A stretch of DNA of 64,000 bases from Marsupella aquatica (lineage: Eukaryota > Plantae > Marchantiophyta): positions 19,038,857 through 19,102,856 of the forward strand of contig OZ316893.1 of the NCBI GenBank assembly GCA_973895155.1, in the 5' to 3' direction. Under the pieces are notes generated by a model. That model was not told where the DNA came from. It was given only the letters and a program-made list of their open reading frames with translations, and did not search any database. The translations under genes and the position numbers were made by a program. Below are positions 1 through 12,034 of this stretch, in pieces. Position 1 is the stretch's first letter. Each line of letters starts with the position of its first letter.

Positions 1-1830
1 TTCTGGATATGCTCAGGAGCGATGTTGAACACCAAACGGCAAAGTCCTTGTGTGCGACAACTGATTTGGCCTCCTATGTCAATTGCTACACTTTGGTTGA
101 CTATGTCAATGACTAAAATATGCCAAAGGATAAGGCAATTTTGGTTGCGTTACTTCTTGAGTTCAGAGAACATGTCGATTAGGCTATTCATGCAGCCCAG
201 CCCAACACACGCACAAACCCCCATGTCGATTTTGTGTGTTTTTCCAAGCCCAACACACTCACAAATGTTCATGGCTATGGCAACGTGTTTTGTAGCCCCT
301 AAACTCACGAACCATGATGCCTACGCATTCACGTGAACAAACGACTGACGGGAAGTCCAACACACTTTTTGGACCACTACTGACCCAAATACTATTGCGG
401 AGGGCTGGGGCTACGGGCTCTGGCAGGGACACAGAGCCTTGGCTGCGTAGGTCTGGAAGAATGAGCCTAGACCGGAGCTTGGCGCTAGCACTATTTACAT
501 GGACAGTGGCGGTTTAAGTACAATAGCAATGTGTCTGTCCAAGAAAGAAGGAACAACAATGATTTCCTTGGCCAACTAAACAGTGGCAGTTTAGAGTGAA
601 ACTCATTATGCCTGTCCATGAAAAAAGGAACGACAATGACTTCCTTGGCCAACTAAGTTTTACACACCTCTTCGATGGACCAGAGCCACCAAAAGTGACC
701 AAATTTGAAATCACATGCATCCCCAAACTTGAGGATCATGTCCATTCAATGAACACCATAGATAGCAGTGACAAAGTTCACTAATACAAGAATGTCTTAG
801 GAGTTGTTTCTTAAGCGTTGTTTCTTAGGTTGGCATTACAAGACATTGAGGCACTGGGGCACAAAGGGCTGTGAGCAAGGTATTTCCACCACACAAGCAC
901 AATCCATTATTGCCATTTGTGGTTTTTGTAAATAGACAATGCCCAGAAAAAGGTACCATTACACATTATCATGTTTGATAGTTTGATTTTTGTGTGTTGC
1001 TTGATTGTCATTGTGCCTATGATCTTGTTGGTGTGACAATACCCATCCATGGCACAAAATAGTTGAGATGAGGCAAAGTCCAAGTGGTGATGCAATTATT
1101 GCAGTCATGCGGTCATTGGTGCAACAATACTTGGACAGGAGAGACAAAACTGGTGTACTAGTGTTTTTGCCCTTGCCAAAAAAACCCATTTATCCCATTT
1201 TGTAATCAGACCATCCTGCCATTTTTTAGGGGATTATTTATTATAATGTTTGATTACCAGCCTTCTAATTCATTAATTTTTTCAAGGAGGTGAGTGGCAA
1301 TCTCTCCATCCCCAGGGATATAGGTTTCTTTATTGTTTTCTCTCAACCATCAGATCTCCGTCAGATCTTCATACATTTAGGAGATGTTGCTCTGCTAAGG
1401 AGGTAAGTAATTGGCAAAATAGGGGAAAAAATCTATCATCGATTTCTTTGTATTGGTCCCACGCTATTTTTCTGGTTTGACAAAAAATTACCTAAATAAA
1501 CAGCTGCTACCCTCAATACTGAAGCGCATTTTGTGCTCTTACTACTCCTCAATTACAATCCTGTGTTACCTTGTCATCAGAGGAGAATTTTGTTTGTCCT
1601 AAAGTATTACAAAATCAAAGTAAACGCCATTATTAGCCATGACAAAAACATGGTGCAACCTCCACTCAATCATTATTGGGAGAACCTTAAGGAGAGGGAA
1701 CGAAGACCTGGAAATAGTTTTTCATTTATTGATAGTTTTCTCTTTTCTTATAAGGGTTTTATTTCTTTCCATTTTAGTTTTTTGGGGGAGATTGGGAGAT
1801 ATAATTTGGGAGTTTGTTATTATATGTTTA

Positions 1831-1960
1831 TGAGCCCTATGCCCGAGCTTTGCATGGTGCAATGATGGCTGGCCCACAGGGCCAGGGGGCTGAGACTCGG
1901 GGGGTTAACTAAGTGTATATTTTGGGGTACCACATGTGATCCTAGCCTAATATAAATAGA
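1831..1960 (-). mobile_element. Mini non-autonomous Helitron (degenerate)
   Basis: Minus strand starts TCTATTTATATTAGG (1960) and ends with an imperfect GC hairpin, then CATAGGGCTCA|T. It shares GAGCCCTATGCC and GTGATCC with the element at 59346-59561 and resembles the canonical 3' end at 4143-4170. Confidence 0.45.
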
Positions 1961-2439
1961 CCTATTTTATAAAAAAAATATTCTCCATTTTCAATATTAA
2001 TACCCTATTTTATTTTATAAAAAATATATATTAGAGAATATTCTATAAACATGAGTTTATAATACCTTCTTTTGCCTCCTACGCTTTTAAAAAATTTAAT
2101 TAATTTCTGTCAAAAATACCTATTTTGGATCGCACGTGGTTCCTAAGATTTTTGATAGTCAACCCCCCGAGGGCTGAGAGGCAAGAGAGGGCAAGTGGTA
2201 ATCGAATCGAATGGATACAAAAATCCTCTAAAATATCTAACGGCCAGATTTGATTCCCGCCAATTCTGTATTTCATAACGAGACGAAGGACCAAAAAAGG
2301 CGGGATAACTTATTATAGTTGTAGATATTATTGAAGAGACCATATGTGCTTTTGTTGGTTGTTGTGTGGTGCAATTCTTTGTCCTTGGGGGGGAAAGGAG
2401 GGGCAACGTTTAAAAAAATAGGAAAGTCAATTAAGGTGT

Positions 2440-2880
2440 GCGAGAAGGTGTGAGTACTATTGGGTGTTAGGATTTACTCTTAGGTCTAGAGTAACAACTG
2501 TACCGTAGTTAAGGCTAACCTTAGTCAAAGACTTGGTTAGGTTAGTTATGTTGTGCACACTCTATACCCAAGCTGTGTTTGCTTGGAGAGAGGGAACTTA
2601 GGCTCATTGTTACGAAGCCAGTTGAAAGATAGGAAGAGCTTGCGCCGTGGATGCTTGGTATGGCCAGTCGGCTTAGAGTGCAGTAAAGCTCTTGTGTGTT
2701 CCCGTGGATGTAGCCTCATGTGGAAGTGAATCACATATCTCTCTGTGTCGACTCTTGTGCGTTAGATGATTCATGGGCTTGTCATTGCAATTGTCATCTA
2801 TGCTCAATATTGGGTTGGTGGTGGCATGTATGGGCAATTATTTACCTAGCCCCCCTTGAGACTTGCCAATCTCTCATCAC
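2440..2880 (+). mobile_element. Possible LTR remnant (Copia-like)
   Basis: Contains CCCGTGGATGTAGCC...GTGAATCACATATCTCTCTGTGTC and a C-run before ...CATCA, reminiscent of plant Copia LTR 3' halves. No TSD, PBS or partner LTR found; boundaries are approximate. Confidence 0.25.
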
Positions 2881-3739
2881 AATTGGATCCATCTCTCAAA
2901 TTTATTGATTATCCTATTAAAGTTTTCTTTTGAATTCTTTTCATGTCCTCCCCCCCCCTCTTGCCTTCCTTTTGCGGCCCTCTCCACATGGCCAAATTTA
3001 AGGCAAAACCCAACTGCCCATGCCTCCACCCACAGCTCACTCCATGGTCATCTGACCGCACCCTACATATGTTCCGTCTTTCTTCCACCCTTCCTCTCTC
3101 CTTCTGCCCACCCTGACTCCTTGACTCTTGGCGCCCAACTACTCCACGGGCCTGTCCAGCACCGCAAGCCCTCTCCAAGTCATGCGGAGGAGGGGGGGGG
3201 TCGGGAAGGAAAACAAAAAACCAAGGAGGAAGGAAAAAGATAAAGAAAAAAGGGCAAGGGAGAAAATTTAGTGAGGATAAAATGAAGGTCATCTAATTAT
3301 AGATCTAGATTTTTGGTGACCATTGGATTCCCCAAATTAGGGGGAGAAGATTATCGGACCAATGGGAGAGAGAAGACATTAGGGGGCTTGCTTGGTTTCT
3401 CTGTTTCCCAACACTCTACTTGACTGCCATCATGTGTCTATATCAGTCTCGCCCTAGCTCTCACCTTAGGGCTTGCCTAACCCTTTCTCAAGAGCAACAT
3501 CATTCTCTTTCAAGTATATATTAAAGTTTTACTTCTAGATTCCAAGGAGGGTCATGCAAGGTTGACCAAAAATGTTTGTATATGACGAGGGTCTTTATTG
3601 AGAGTGAATAAAGTTTGCATGAGTGTGGTATCAATCTCTTCAACATGCTCTCATATTTGTATTTAAGCATCTGACTTACATATTTTATCTTCATCATCTT
3701 CGTCTCCCATGCATGACATCTTCTTTCTCCTTGATGTCT

Positions 3740-4170
3740 TTGTCTCATCTTGACATGTTTTTCTCATCTTGATGACTTTGCACTCCTTCACATGTTTTTT
3801 CCTCACTTGGACTACTATTTCTCACTTGGATATGTTTTCTCTCCTAGACATTTTTTCCTTTCCTTGACATAGTTTACTCTCCTCAACATCTATTGCTCAC
3901 CTTCACATCAATTCTTTTCTCTCCTTGCTATACTTTGCTCACCTTGATATTTTTTCTCTCGTCAACATCTTTTCCTTTACTTGACATCTTTTGCTCACCT
4001 CGATATTTTTTCTCTGATCGACATCTTATCTCACCTTGGCTTATTTTCTTTTCCTTGACATCTTTTTCTCTCCTCGAACTCTTTTTCTCTTCTCGACAAC
4101 TTTTTTTCTCCTCGACATCTTTTTCTCTCCTCGACATCTTTTGTGCAACGCACGGATGTCATTGGGCTAG
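3740..4170 (+). mobile_element. Helitron 3' part with degenerate ~19-20-bp internal repeats
   Basis: Many copies of a TCTCCTCGACATCTTTT-like unit, then a GTGC-AAC-GCAC hairpin (4143-4153) and CTAG|T at 4167-4171, the canonical Helitron 3' terminus. The 5' end was not defined. Confidence 0.6.
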
Positions 4171-5388
4171 TTTTTAATAGTTTAACAGATTTCACCATTT
4201 TTATCGTGAAATTGAGGAGCAAAGCCTCACTATAGAGGAGAGGGATAAGAGTTTGGCGTGGCTAGTGGTGGTTTAAACCACACCTGCCCCTATAAAGGGC
4301 TACAGGTAACCCATAGCTCTCATTCTAAAGAGTATAAGTTCAGAAATGTGTTTTGAATTCCACAAATTTTTGAGCTCCACAAAAGGTGCTGACTGCAAAA
4401 CTTTTTTTGACAAATACTCCACAAAAGGTGCTAGGTTTTCACCTTTTTTGGTGAGTAGTGAGACATGGAATGAGACTTTGATAGTGGCAGGTGTGGTTTA
4501 AGGGAAGAGATAACGCCAACAGGAGCGCGTACCGTTGCGTATTGTCGGCTCCAAATCCTTTTCAGCTTACGGTCTACTTCGGGTGTAATAAGAGGTACTG
4601 TCGATCTTGGGCGCCCGTGCCACATTATTTCTCCTTAATCCCGGGAAAGACAATCATCATTTCATTATTCATTATATTATATATCATCACTATATAATAT
4701 ATATTATATTTGACCAACCCTTTCTACCATTTTGAGGGCGGCGTTTGGTGGCGGGAACGCAGTTCTCATCAGCAGGCGATTCAGATACATGCTTTTGTCT
4801 CTGTGTGCACCGAATTTGAACGAGAGATTTGGCGCTACGGGCCACAGGTTCCAAACGAGTCGAAACCGGACAGAGCGGGGAGATATCTGAACTGTCACTG
4901 GCCTGAGCAAATGAAGGGCTGCATGAATTGTGTGGCGGTCAATTAGCTTTTCAGTTTCACAAGGGGAAATTTGTTCTCGGGCTCCGGGATCGACTGCGGT
5001 GTGATGTGCCTTCTTACGGAGGACGCCCATTACTCGAGTGTGGTAGGGTTTGCTGTTGATCTATGGGGATGTTGAACGAGGGGTTTGGCGGTACCGAGCG
5101 AAGCGCAACCGGTTGTGAAGGAGACGAGACTCGAGATGGACATAGAACTGTCGCTGGGCTGAGCAAATGAAGGGTTGCACGATATATATTTCATTGAGAT
5201 TGTGATGTGAGGAGGTCAAATTGGTGTGCAAGAGGAGGTAATTTGAGATTGAACTCCTGGATTGATTGCGGTCACCCTCACAGTGCGACCTCTGTTGGGC
5301 AGAATGAAATAGGGTTTACTGTTGGAACGTGGGAATTTTGCACTGGAATCTAAATTTGTCATCCATGCCATCCAGGTGACTTGAGAGA

Positions 5389-8300
5389 ATGACCTCCCAA
5401 CACTTGGACTTGAACTTTCTTCCAGAAGAGGGCACTCGTAATGAAGGGTACGAGTATGTGGGAAAACTTTACAAGGATGCTTTGATGGTCTCACCGATTG
5501 CTGTGAGACATTTGCCAATCACCTTGTGAGTACCGCTGTAGCAGGACTACATTCCCCGGCTTTCGGTCGCATGTTCAACTCAATAATTTGGGATTTTCCC
5601 ATTGTTTCTCATGTCTCTTCTATTGCTCAAATCAGTGTTCGTTGTATTAACAGGACTACAGTTCCCTGCTTTTTCTGGCATGCTCAACTCAAGATAATTG
5701 GGGACTTTCTGATTGTTTTGCTTGTCCTAAAATCGGTGTTCGTTGTATTCAGGCCATACATTCTCCGTTTCTCTACGACCCCGTATGCTACGATGTATCC
5801 GCTGAGCGACCTGCCGTCGTTCGAATTAATACCTCACCATCTTCCTCCGCCTGCTCTTGATCAACGTATAGAATGGAGGAAATTTACTACTTTTCTTTAT
5901 GAGCGGGATAAAGTGGTGATTATCCCTGTCGATGGATGGGAGCTGATCTTCAAGCCTCCAGACAAGAATCCCAATGAGAGGACTACTCTGCGGGTTTGCT
6001 ACCGTAAGCTCAATGCTCAGAAGCCTTCTGCCCAGGCAATGTCTCCTATCTCGCGACCGTTTCGACCACGCGGAGAGGTTCTCGACCCGCCTGTTCGGGG
6101 ATATGGTCATACTTTCTCCTCTAATGTACCTGTCGCCCCAACTTCTCTCGTACAACCGCGGCTAGGACTAATGCACCCAAGTTATCTGCGAAGCCTCGCT
6201 CAGACTCATACATCGTGGGCTTTTGGTGGCCTTGCTGAACTGGTGGACAATTCTCGTGATGCTCGTGCCACCAGGTATTTTTTTCCATTTATCGCATTCG
6301 CATAAAATGTAGGTTTTGTTTTATCACATACGCAGTCCCTTTGAATGAGATTCAATAAGGACGGTCTCTCAGGCCTGTGAGTTCTTTTCCTTTCTGTGTG
6401 CAGGATAAACATAACGATAACAACAGTGAAGATGAAGGGAAAGGATGACATCATCCCGGTGTTACAAGTCGAGGACAACGGAAAAGGAATGACACATGCA
6501 GAGTTTGCCCGAATGTTGAGTTTTGGACACTCAACACCGACAGATGAGGATAAGGATCAGATTGGCCATTTTGGTGTTGGCTTCAAGGTGTTTTCTGCCG
6601 GCATAGTCCTTCTCTGTTTTGTGACTAAAAAGTTCTGTAAAACGACAAATAATTTACCCTTGCATTTGCAGTCCAGTTAACTGAAGATCCTTTTGTTGAT
6701 TTCGCAGACAGGTTCAATGAAGCTTGGGAGCGATGTTATGGTCCTGACTCAAAGCGAAAACTCACGATCTATCGGTCTACTTTCATCTGCTTATAATGCA
6801 GATAAGCAGGTATTTCTCAAAATCTGAGTGTGGAATTGTCCTTAGTGCCACCTACTACTGCTAGATATTCCCTGTTACCTTCTTTGATACAAATCTAGAT
6901 TTATGTTAATAAATCAGGAAGGTACTGTCGTGTTTTTGTCCACTTGGACTTTAGACTGTGTCTGTGTGGTTTTAGTGACAAGGATACTTTTTTGTTGTAT
7001 CATAATGGGTTTCCCATTCAACAGCACTTGGAGTTTTTTACTTTCTATCACTGAAAGGTCAAATTCCTCAGTTTAAAACGATCAGTTTGGAATCCTTGAA
7101 CTTAAATTTCACCATTTGATTGTGGACTTTGATTCTGGGCGTCAGGAGACAGGACTAGAAAATGAATCTGATGAGGTGTTTTCCCTTGAGGCTGGTCAGG
7201 TTTTGGAGGTACCAATTGTAACCTATCGGAAGGTCCATGGAATTACGGAGATGGATTTGAGTGTGCAAAGTGAAGCTGAGGGCAGAGCTTGTCTTGAGGC
7301 TGTGAAGAAGTACTCACCATATGGTGAATTTGAGATAGGTTCTTTATTTGAAAAGATAGGCCACGGGGATTCCAAAAATGGCACACATATCTTTATCTAT
7401 AATCTGGAAAAGTGGGGTTCAGGTTACAGTCTACAGTGGGATAAAGAAGACATCCTCATTCGCTCGAAGAGAGTGCGATCTCGACCTGGCCAGACTGGCC
7501 AAGATGTACGTTTACCTCTGATACGTAACTTTCATTCGTGTTCTCTTGAATCTTATGGGACATTGGATCGCATTCTAGAAACGTTTCGTCGTGGAAATAA
7601 TATTCAATCTAGCTGTAGAGGTTTGTGAATGACAGTCTTATGTTAGTTACGATTGGTATTCCCAATACCCACGTCTGAGGGGCCTGGCTTGAAAGGCCTC
7701 CTTTTGAGCTTTTTGTCAGAATTATACTTGAGCAGCTTATCTGAATTGAGCCTACTATTGAATGCTGAACAATCTACATGCAAGGTGGCCGACGTGCTTA
7801 CGGAAGAAATTTTTTCTTTGCGCTCTTTCCCTTGAGTTTGCCTGTACCTTCACGTGACTTCTTCTTTACTACGCGGCTGTATTGAGATTATTTAATAGTT
7901 CTATCTGCAACTTATTGTATGTTGTCCTGACCGGAGATAGCAAAAGCAACTTATTTAAAATTGGTTTTAGCGACGGTGGCACTATGATATGCTCGTTTAT
8001 ATTTTTGTGTGACATGTGAAGGCGTTGGTTTGCAGATCCCCTTAGACTTTTCGCTTCGGTCGTACTTGGAGGTTCTGTTCCTGGAACCTCGCATGATAAT
8101 CAGAATCCAAGGTTCAAAGGTATGATCCCTGCTAGTGGCTTTTGCAGCTAGATTTAAGGATGGGCTTGCTCTCTCCACAAGCTGATATGGTTGGTCGTTT
8201 CTTCCAAGGCTTTGAATTGAAACGGATTTACCTTGATTTTGAAGGTTTGTCATGAACGCATTGTTATTTTTTACCTCATCGACTATTTTAGGTGCAAACA

Positions 8301-10668
8301 AAACGACTTGCAGCTTCATTGAGCACAACTCGAATTGCGAAAGGGAAGGTCCTTGGTAAAGAGGTTGAACTTACTTTAGGTCTTATTGACGATGAGTACG
8401 AGCGTGGGAACTGTGGAATCTTTGTGTACTGGCATGGACGCCTGATTGAGGTCCATTTCTGTCTTTGGTCTTACATTTCCATGGCTTGATCGTATTGAAC
8501 ACCTGCATCATTTTGATTTTATCAGATATTCTTAGACTTTCTGTCTACATTCAGTGTCGTAATTGCACAAGAACGCAAAGTCGCCGATTTTAATGAAAGA
8601 ATCTCTTCTTGCTGTCAATTCAATCGTAGTTGGAAGGGCTGTTTAAAGATTTTTTGTAATTCTTCAACTTTCTATGTCTTTCATACACCTTCGTTTTCCA
8701 AGAGTGTAGGGCTTGTCCAAGTGTGGATTTGAAGTACAAAAGCTCCTCTTCATGTTATGTGGTGAATTCAAAATACAGAGTCATTAGTTCGACGAGGCAA
8801 AACTTTTGTGACGAAGAGGATTTTTTATGAGCAAGTGCCTGCTCATTCCTTTTCCTCGCTAAATAGTTAGCAAATTGATAAGTAATTAGTTCTGTGAGGT
8901 GTGCCTTCAAACTTAGGATTTTTTTTATTACTGGCACGTGTACAGGCCTACAAAAGGGTCGGTGGTATGGTTCACAGCGCTGACATGGGCCGTGGAGTTA
9001 TAGGAGTCATTGATGTTACCTCACTCATGGTAAGATATCTTCTAGTTTTGCAATTTGCTTCTGGAGTTGTATGGAATACCCAATGATTGACGTTGATAGG
9101 CCGCTTGTCGTCGTAGTCCCTTGCACGCACGCCCTTTTGTTTTCGTTTTGTCCTACAGTATGGAAAAGCCTGGACGATTGGTCTTGTGTAGGGATATGAT
9201 TGTACATAGATTTGTAATTCACTGTTGTAGCTTTCTTATCTAACATGCATTCAATTGCACGCTGTCTTCTTCTTGAGGTATCTGGTTGAGGTTTCTTAAA
9301 TAACTACACTGTTGAAGTATCACTAGGTACTTCTGTATGTCAAAGAGGTACGTATTTTGAATTGTACGTGAATTGTCTTATCTTAGGAAAATAGGGAGGG
9401 ACGGATTGGAGTTTTAAACACAAAGCAAGGCTTTGAGGACAGTGAGGAGTATGCTGTGTTGGAGAAGTGGCTAGCAGAAGAGTTTAACCAGTATTGGTAC
9501 AAAAAGTTTGATCGCATGACTGTGGTAAGAGGCGAACCTGTGTTTCAATGGCAGCCTTTGTCCATGATTTGTTGGTCTTATTAGCAATGAGCTGTGTTCA
9601 GCTAGTTTATAGTTTTCAAGACTTGCGCATCGTGATCAAAGAGGATGTATGGGGTGTGTCTCAAGCACTCTGGGTCACTGACTTCTCAACCCTACCAAAT
9701 GATACCAGTGTATACGAGTAGACAATAGTAGTCTAACTCATCTGCTGGTCATGAATTAATGTTGCGAATTCAGGTTGATCCTAATGGTGATGATGGCCTT
9801 CATTTGGAGCCTGATAGGGAGTGGGTTCAATGTGTTAAATGTCTAAAGTGGAGGAAGCTACGAAGGGGTGTACATCCTCATGATCTACCTGAAGATTGGT
9901 ATTCTTCACTCTCTCCCATATGCTATAATTCAAATTGAATGCGAAGCTCTAATTTAAAAGTGCTTCTAGTACTACCCTGAGTCTTGGGGTTAGATGCGCA
10001 TTTATTCGCCGGAAACTATGCACTTCGATGAATCTTATGGTGCACCACTTGGCAGGTTTTGTTATATGGAGCCCTTCAAGAAGCAATGCAACGAACCCGA
10101 GGAAAGAGTAGAGGAGGACATTGTCACAATTGGTGTTAACAGGACTAGCATGCCAGCAACTGTCTTTACACCACGAGAAGCTCTTGTCACTGCCAGAGGT
10201 ACTTGACCTACTCTGTAGCCGACTTAACTTGGAAGTCCGTGCAACACCCTTGGGCCTTAGAATTGAGAGATCAAGTAAAGTTTTGACCTGGAAAATTTGA
10301 ATTTTGTCCCTCTGTTTGAATCTGAGAGAGCCAGATCTGTCATATTTTACTTGTATAGTTTGATGTGGAAAGTTTTTAATCGACGCGTATTGTAGGTACC
10401 TTTGATCTTCAGATTGTGCATAAATTCCTGTAGAGAGATCTGCAGTTGTTTGTGATTGAGACTCGTTAAAAGAGATGAAGTGATTGATGCAGAAGAAGGT
10501 CTGGACGACAATGATATTGAAGAAGTGCCTTCACCGATCATCCCTACAAGACGACAATCAACTAAGAAAGTCCTTCCAAAGGACCCATCTTCTCCAACAC
10601 GTGTTCGGCCTGGGAAACGTCAGAGCAGCGAGTCACCTCCCAGAAGGCGGTTAAGAAGAAGACATTGA
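5389..10668 (+). CDS. MORC: MORC-family GHKL ATPase with S5 fold, CW-type zinc finger and N-terminal SPOC-like extension (~719 aa, 12 exons)
   Basis: Exons 5389-5525, 5753-6274, 6404-6587, 6708-6809, 7200-7505, 8036-8119, 8292-8450, 8946-9029, 9387-9524, 9774-9898, 10056-10198, 10493-10668 (all GT-AG; 2160 nt in frame; last acceptor least certain). GHKL motifs AELVDNSRDA, DNGKGM, GHFGVGFKTGSMKLG and NGT; MORC S5 motifs SLRSYLEVLF, GIFVYWHGRLI, GVIGVID and TKQGF; zf-CW WVQCVKCLKWR...WFCYM...C. Confidence 0.93.
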
Positions 10669-11640
10669 GATTACACGATTTGTACAAATCGACCAAGAGG
10701 TCACCTTGTAAGTAAGTATTTTTGAAAAGCTCTTCACAAGCATTTACACCTACTCGAATTAAATTTTGGGTCGTTTTACAACCCAAAGAGTTGTAAACTA
10801 GAAAGTTCTCGACATTCTCATTTATGAATACTGGATAAGCAGTATAAATACTTATCTACCCATGTACAAATGATCACTCGAGTTGATAATGAAATTGTGT
10901 AGATCAGATGTCACAACTTGACACGATGATAGGTCTAAGCTTTCTCTTGAAGCAAGTCAGTATCCTCATTGAATGTTCCTCGAATGGTCCTTGACTGGTT
11001 TTTCAATGGTGTACACCTTGAAGAGAAATTTACATCATGGGTCAGTCATGTCAGTTTCCTACGAATCTGTGTTCATGCTTGTCTGGCGACAACTTATGCT
11101 CGTTGGCGGCAGAATCTACGTTAGTTAATAACTAGCGCAGGCTGTCAGAAAGGTTGATTGTGTTTGCCATAACACCCCTCGTTCGTGAAAAGTGAAATAA
11201 CAGCGAGCAGAAAGGCTGTAAATTTATTGTCAAGGAGATACAGATAGATTACGTGTACTTCTCGAAGACTATCTGCTCCAAGTTAGTCCAAAAGGCTCCT
11301 TGTTTGACGGAGGAGGCGGTGTTGTGAAACTCATTCTTTTGCTAGTTTCTGAGTCTGAGAGTTGGCTTCCTCATCTTGGCGCCGACGCAACTGTGGTAAC
11401 AAGGATCCTCACGTCAATGAGAAGACGGGTAGAATGGCACCTAACTAATAGTATTGCGACCAAAATTCCTCTACTGACCAAGGAAGTGACACAGAAAACC
11501 GTCTCATTATGTACTGGTCTCAAGTTTGTGAAGCTTTTTATCCCACTGATGTTTCACAGAAATTCAGGTCGTTGACGCTATTTTCGTTAGGCTTTGAGGG
11601 TAAGGGTCCGGCAATCCACAAATGAGGTGATGTGTAGAAA

Positions 11641-12034
11641 GTCAGGACGTTGATGGGATAACTCATAGTCTAGTAGTGCTGATCCTTATGTTACTGAGAA
11701 GTTCTATTGTGAGCACAAGCATGAGGGAGTCACGGGGACGTTAATGGGGTAAGTTATAGTTTAGTAGTGCTGATCCTCATGTTCTGAGAAGTTCTATTGT
11801 GAGCACAAGCATGAGGGAGTCACGAGGACGTTAATGGGATAAGTTATAGTTTAGTAGTGCTGATCCTCATGTTACTGAGACGTTCTATTGTGAGCACAAG
11901 CACGAGGGAGTCACGAGGACGTTAATGGGATAAGTTATAGTCTAGTAGTGCTGATCCTCATGTTACTGAGACGTTCTATTGTGAGCACAAGCATGAGGGA
12001 GTCACGAGGACGTTAATGGGATAAGTTATAGTCT
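11641..12034. repeat. Minisatellite, ~91-bp unit, ~4.4 copies
   Basis: Units start at 11641, 11729, 11819, 11910 and 12001 (partial); consensus GTCACGAGGACGTTAATGGGATAAGTTATAGTCTAGTAGTGCTGATCCTCATGTTACTGAGA...CACAAGCATGAGGGA. Confidence 0.95.

Noticed and set aside
3893-4222. F/S/L-rich and K/E/R-rich ORFs
   Set aside because: Translations of the pyrimidine-rich ~20-bp repeats, not genes.
9899-9906. U12-like donors GTATTCTT (MORC intron 10) and GTATCGCT (14507, BUD20 intron 3)
   Set aside because: They deviate from GTATCCTT and lack a TCCTTRAC branch site near their acceptors; treated as ordinary U2 introns.
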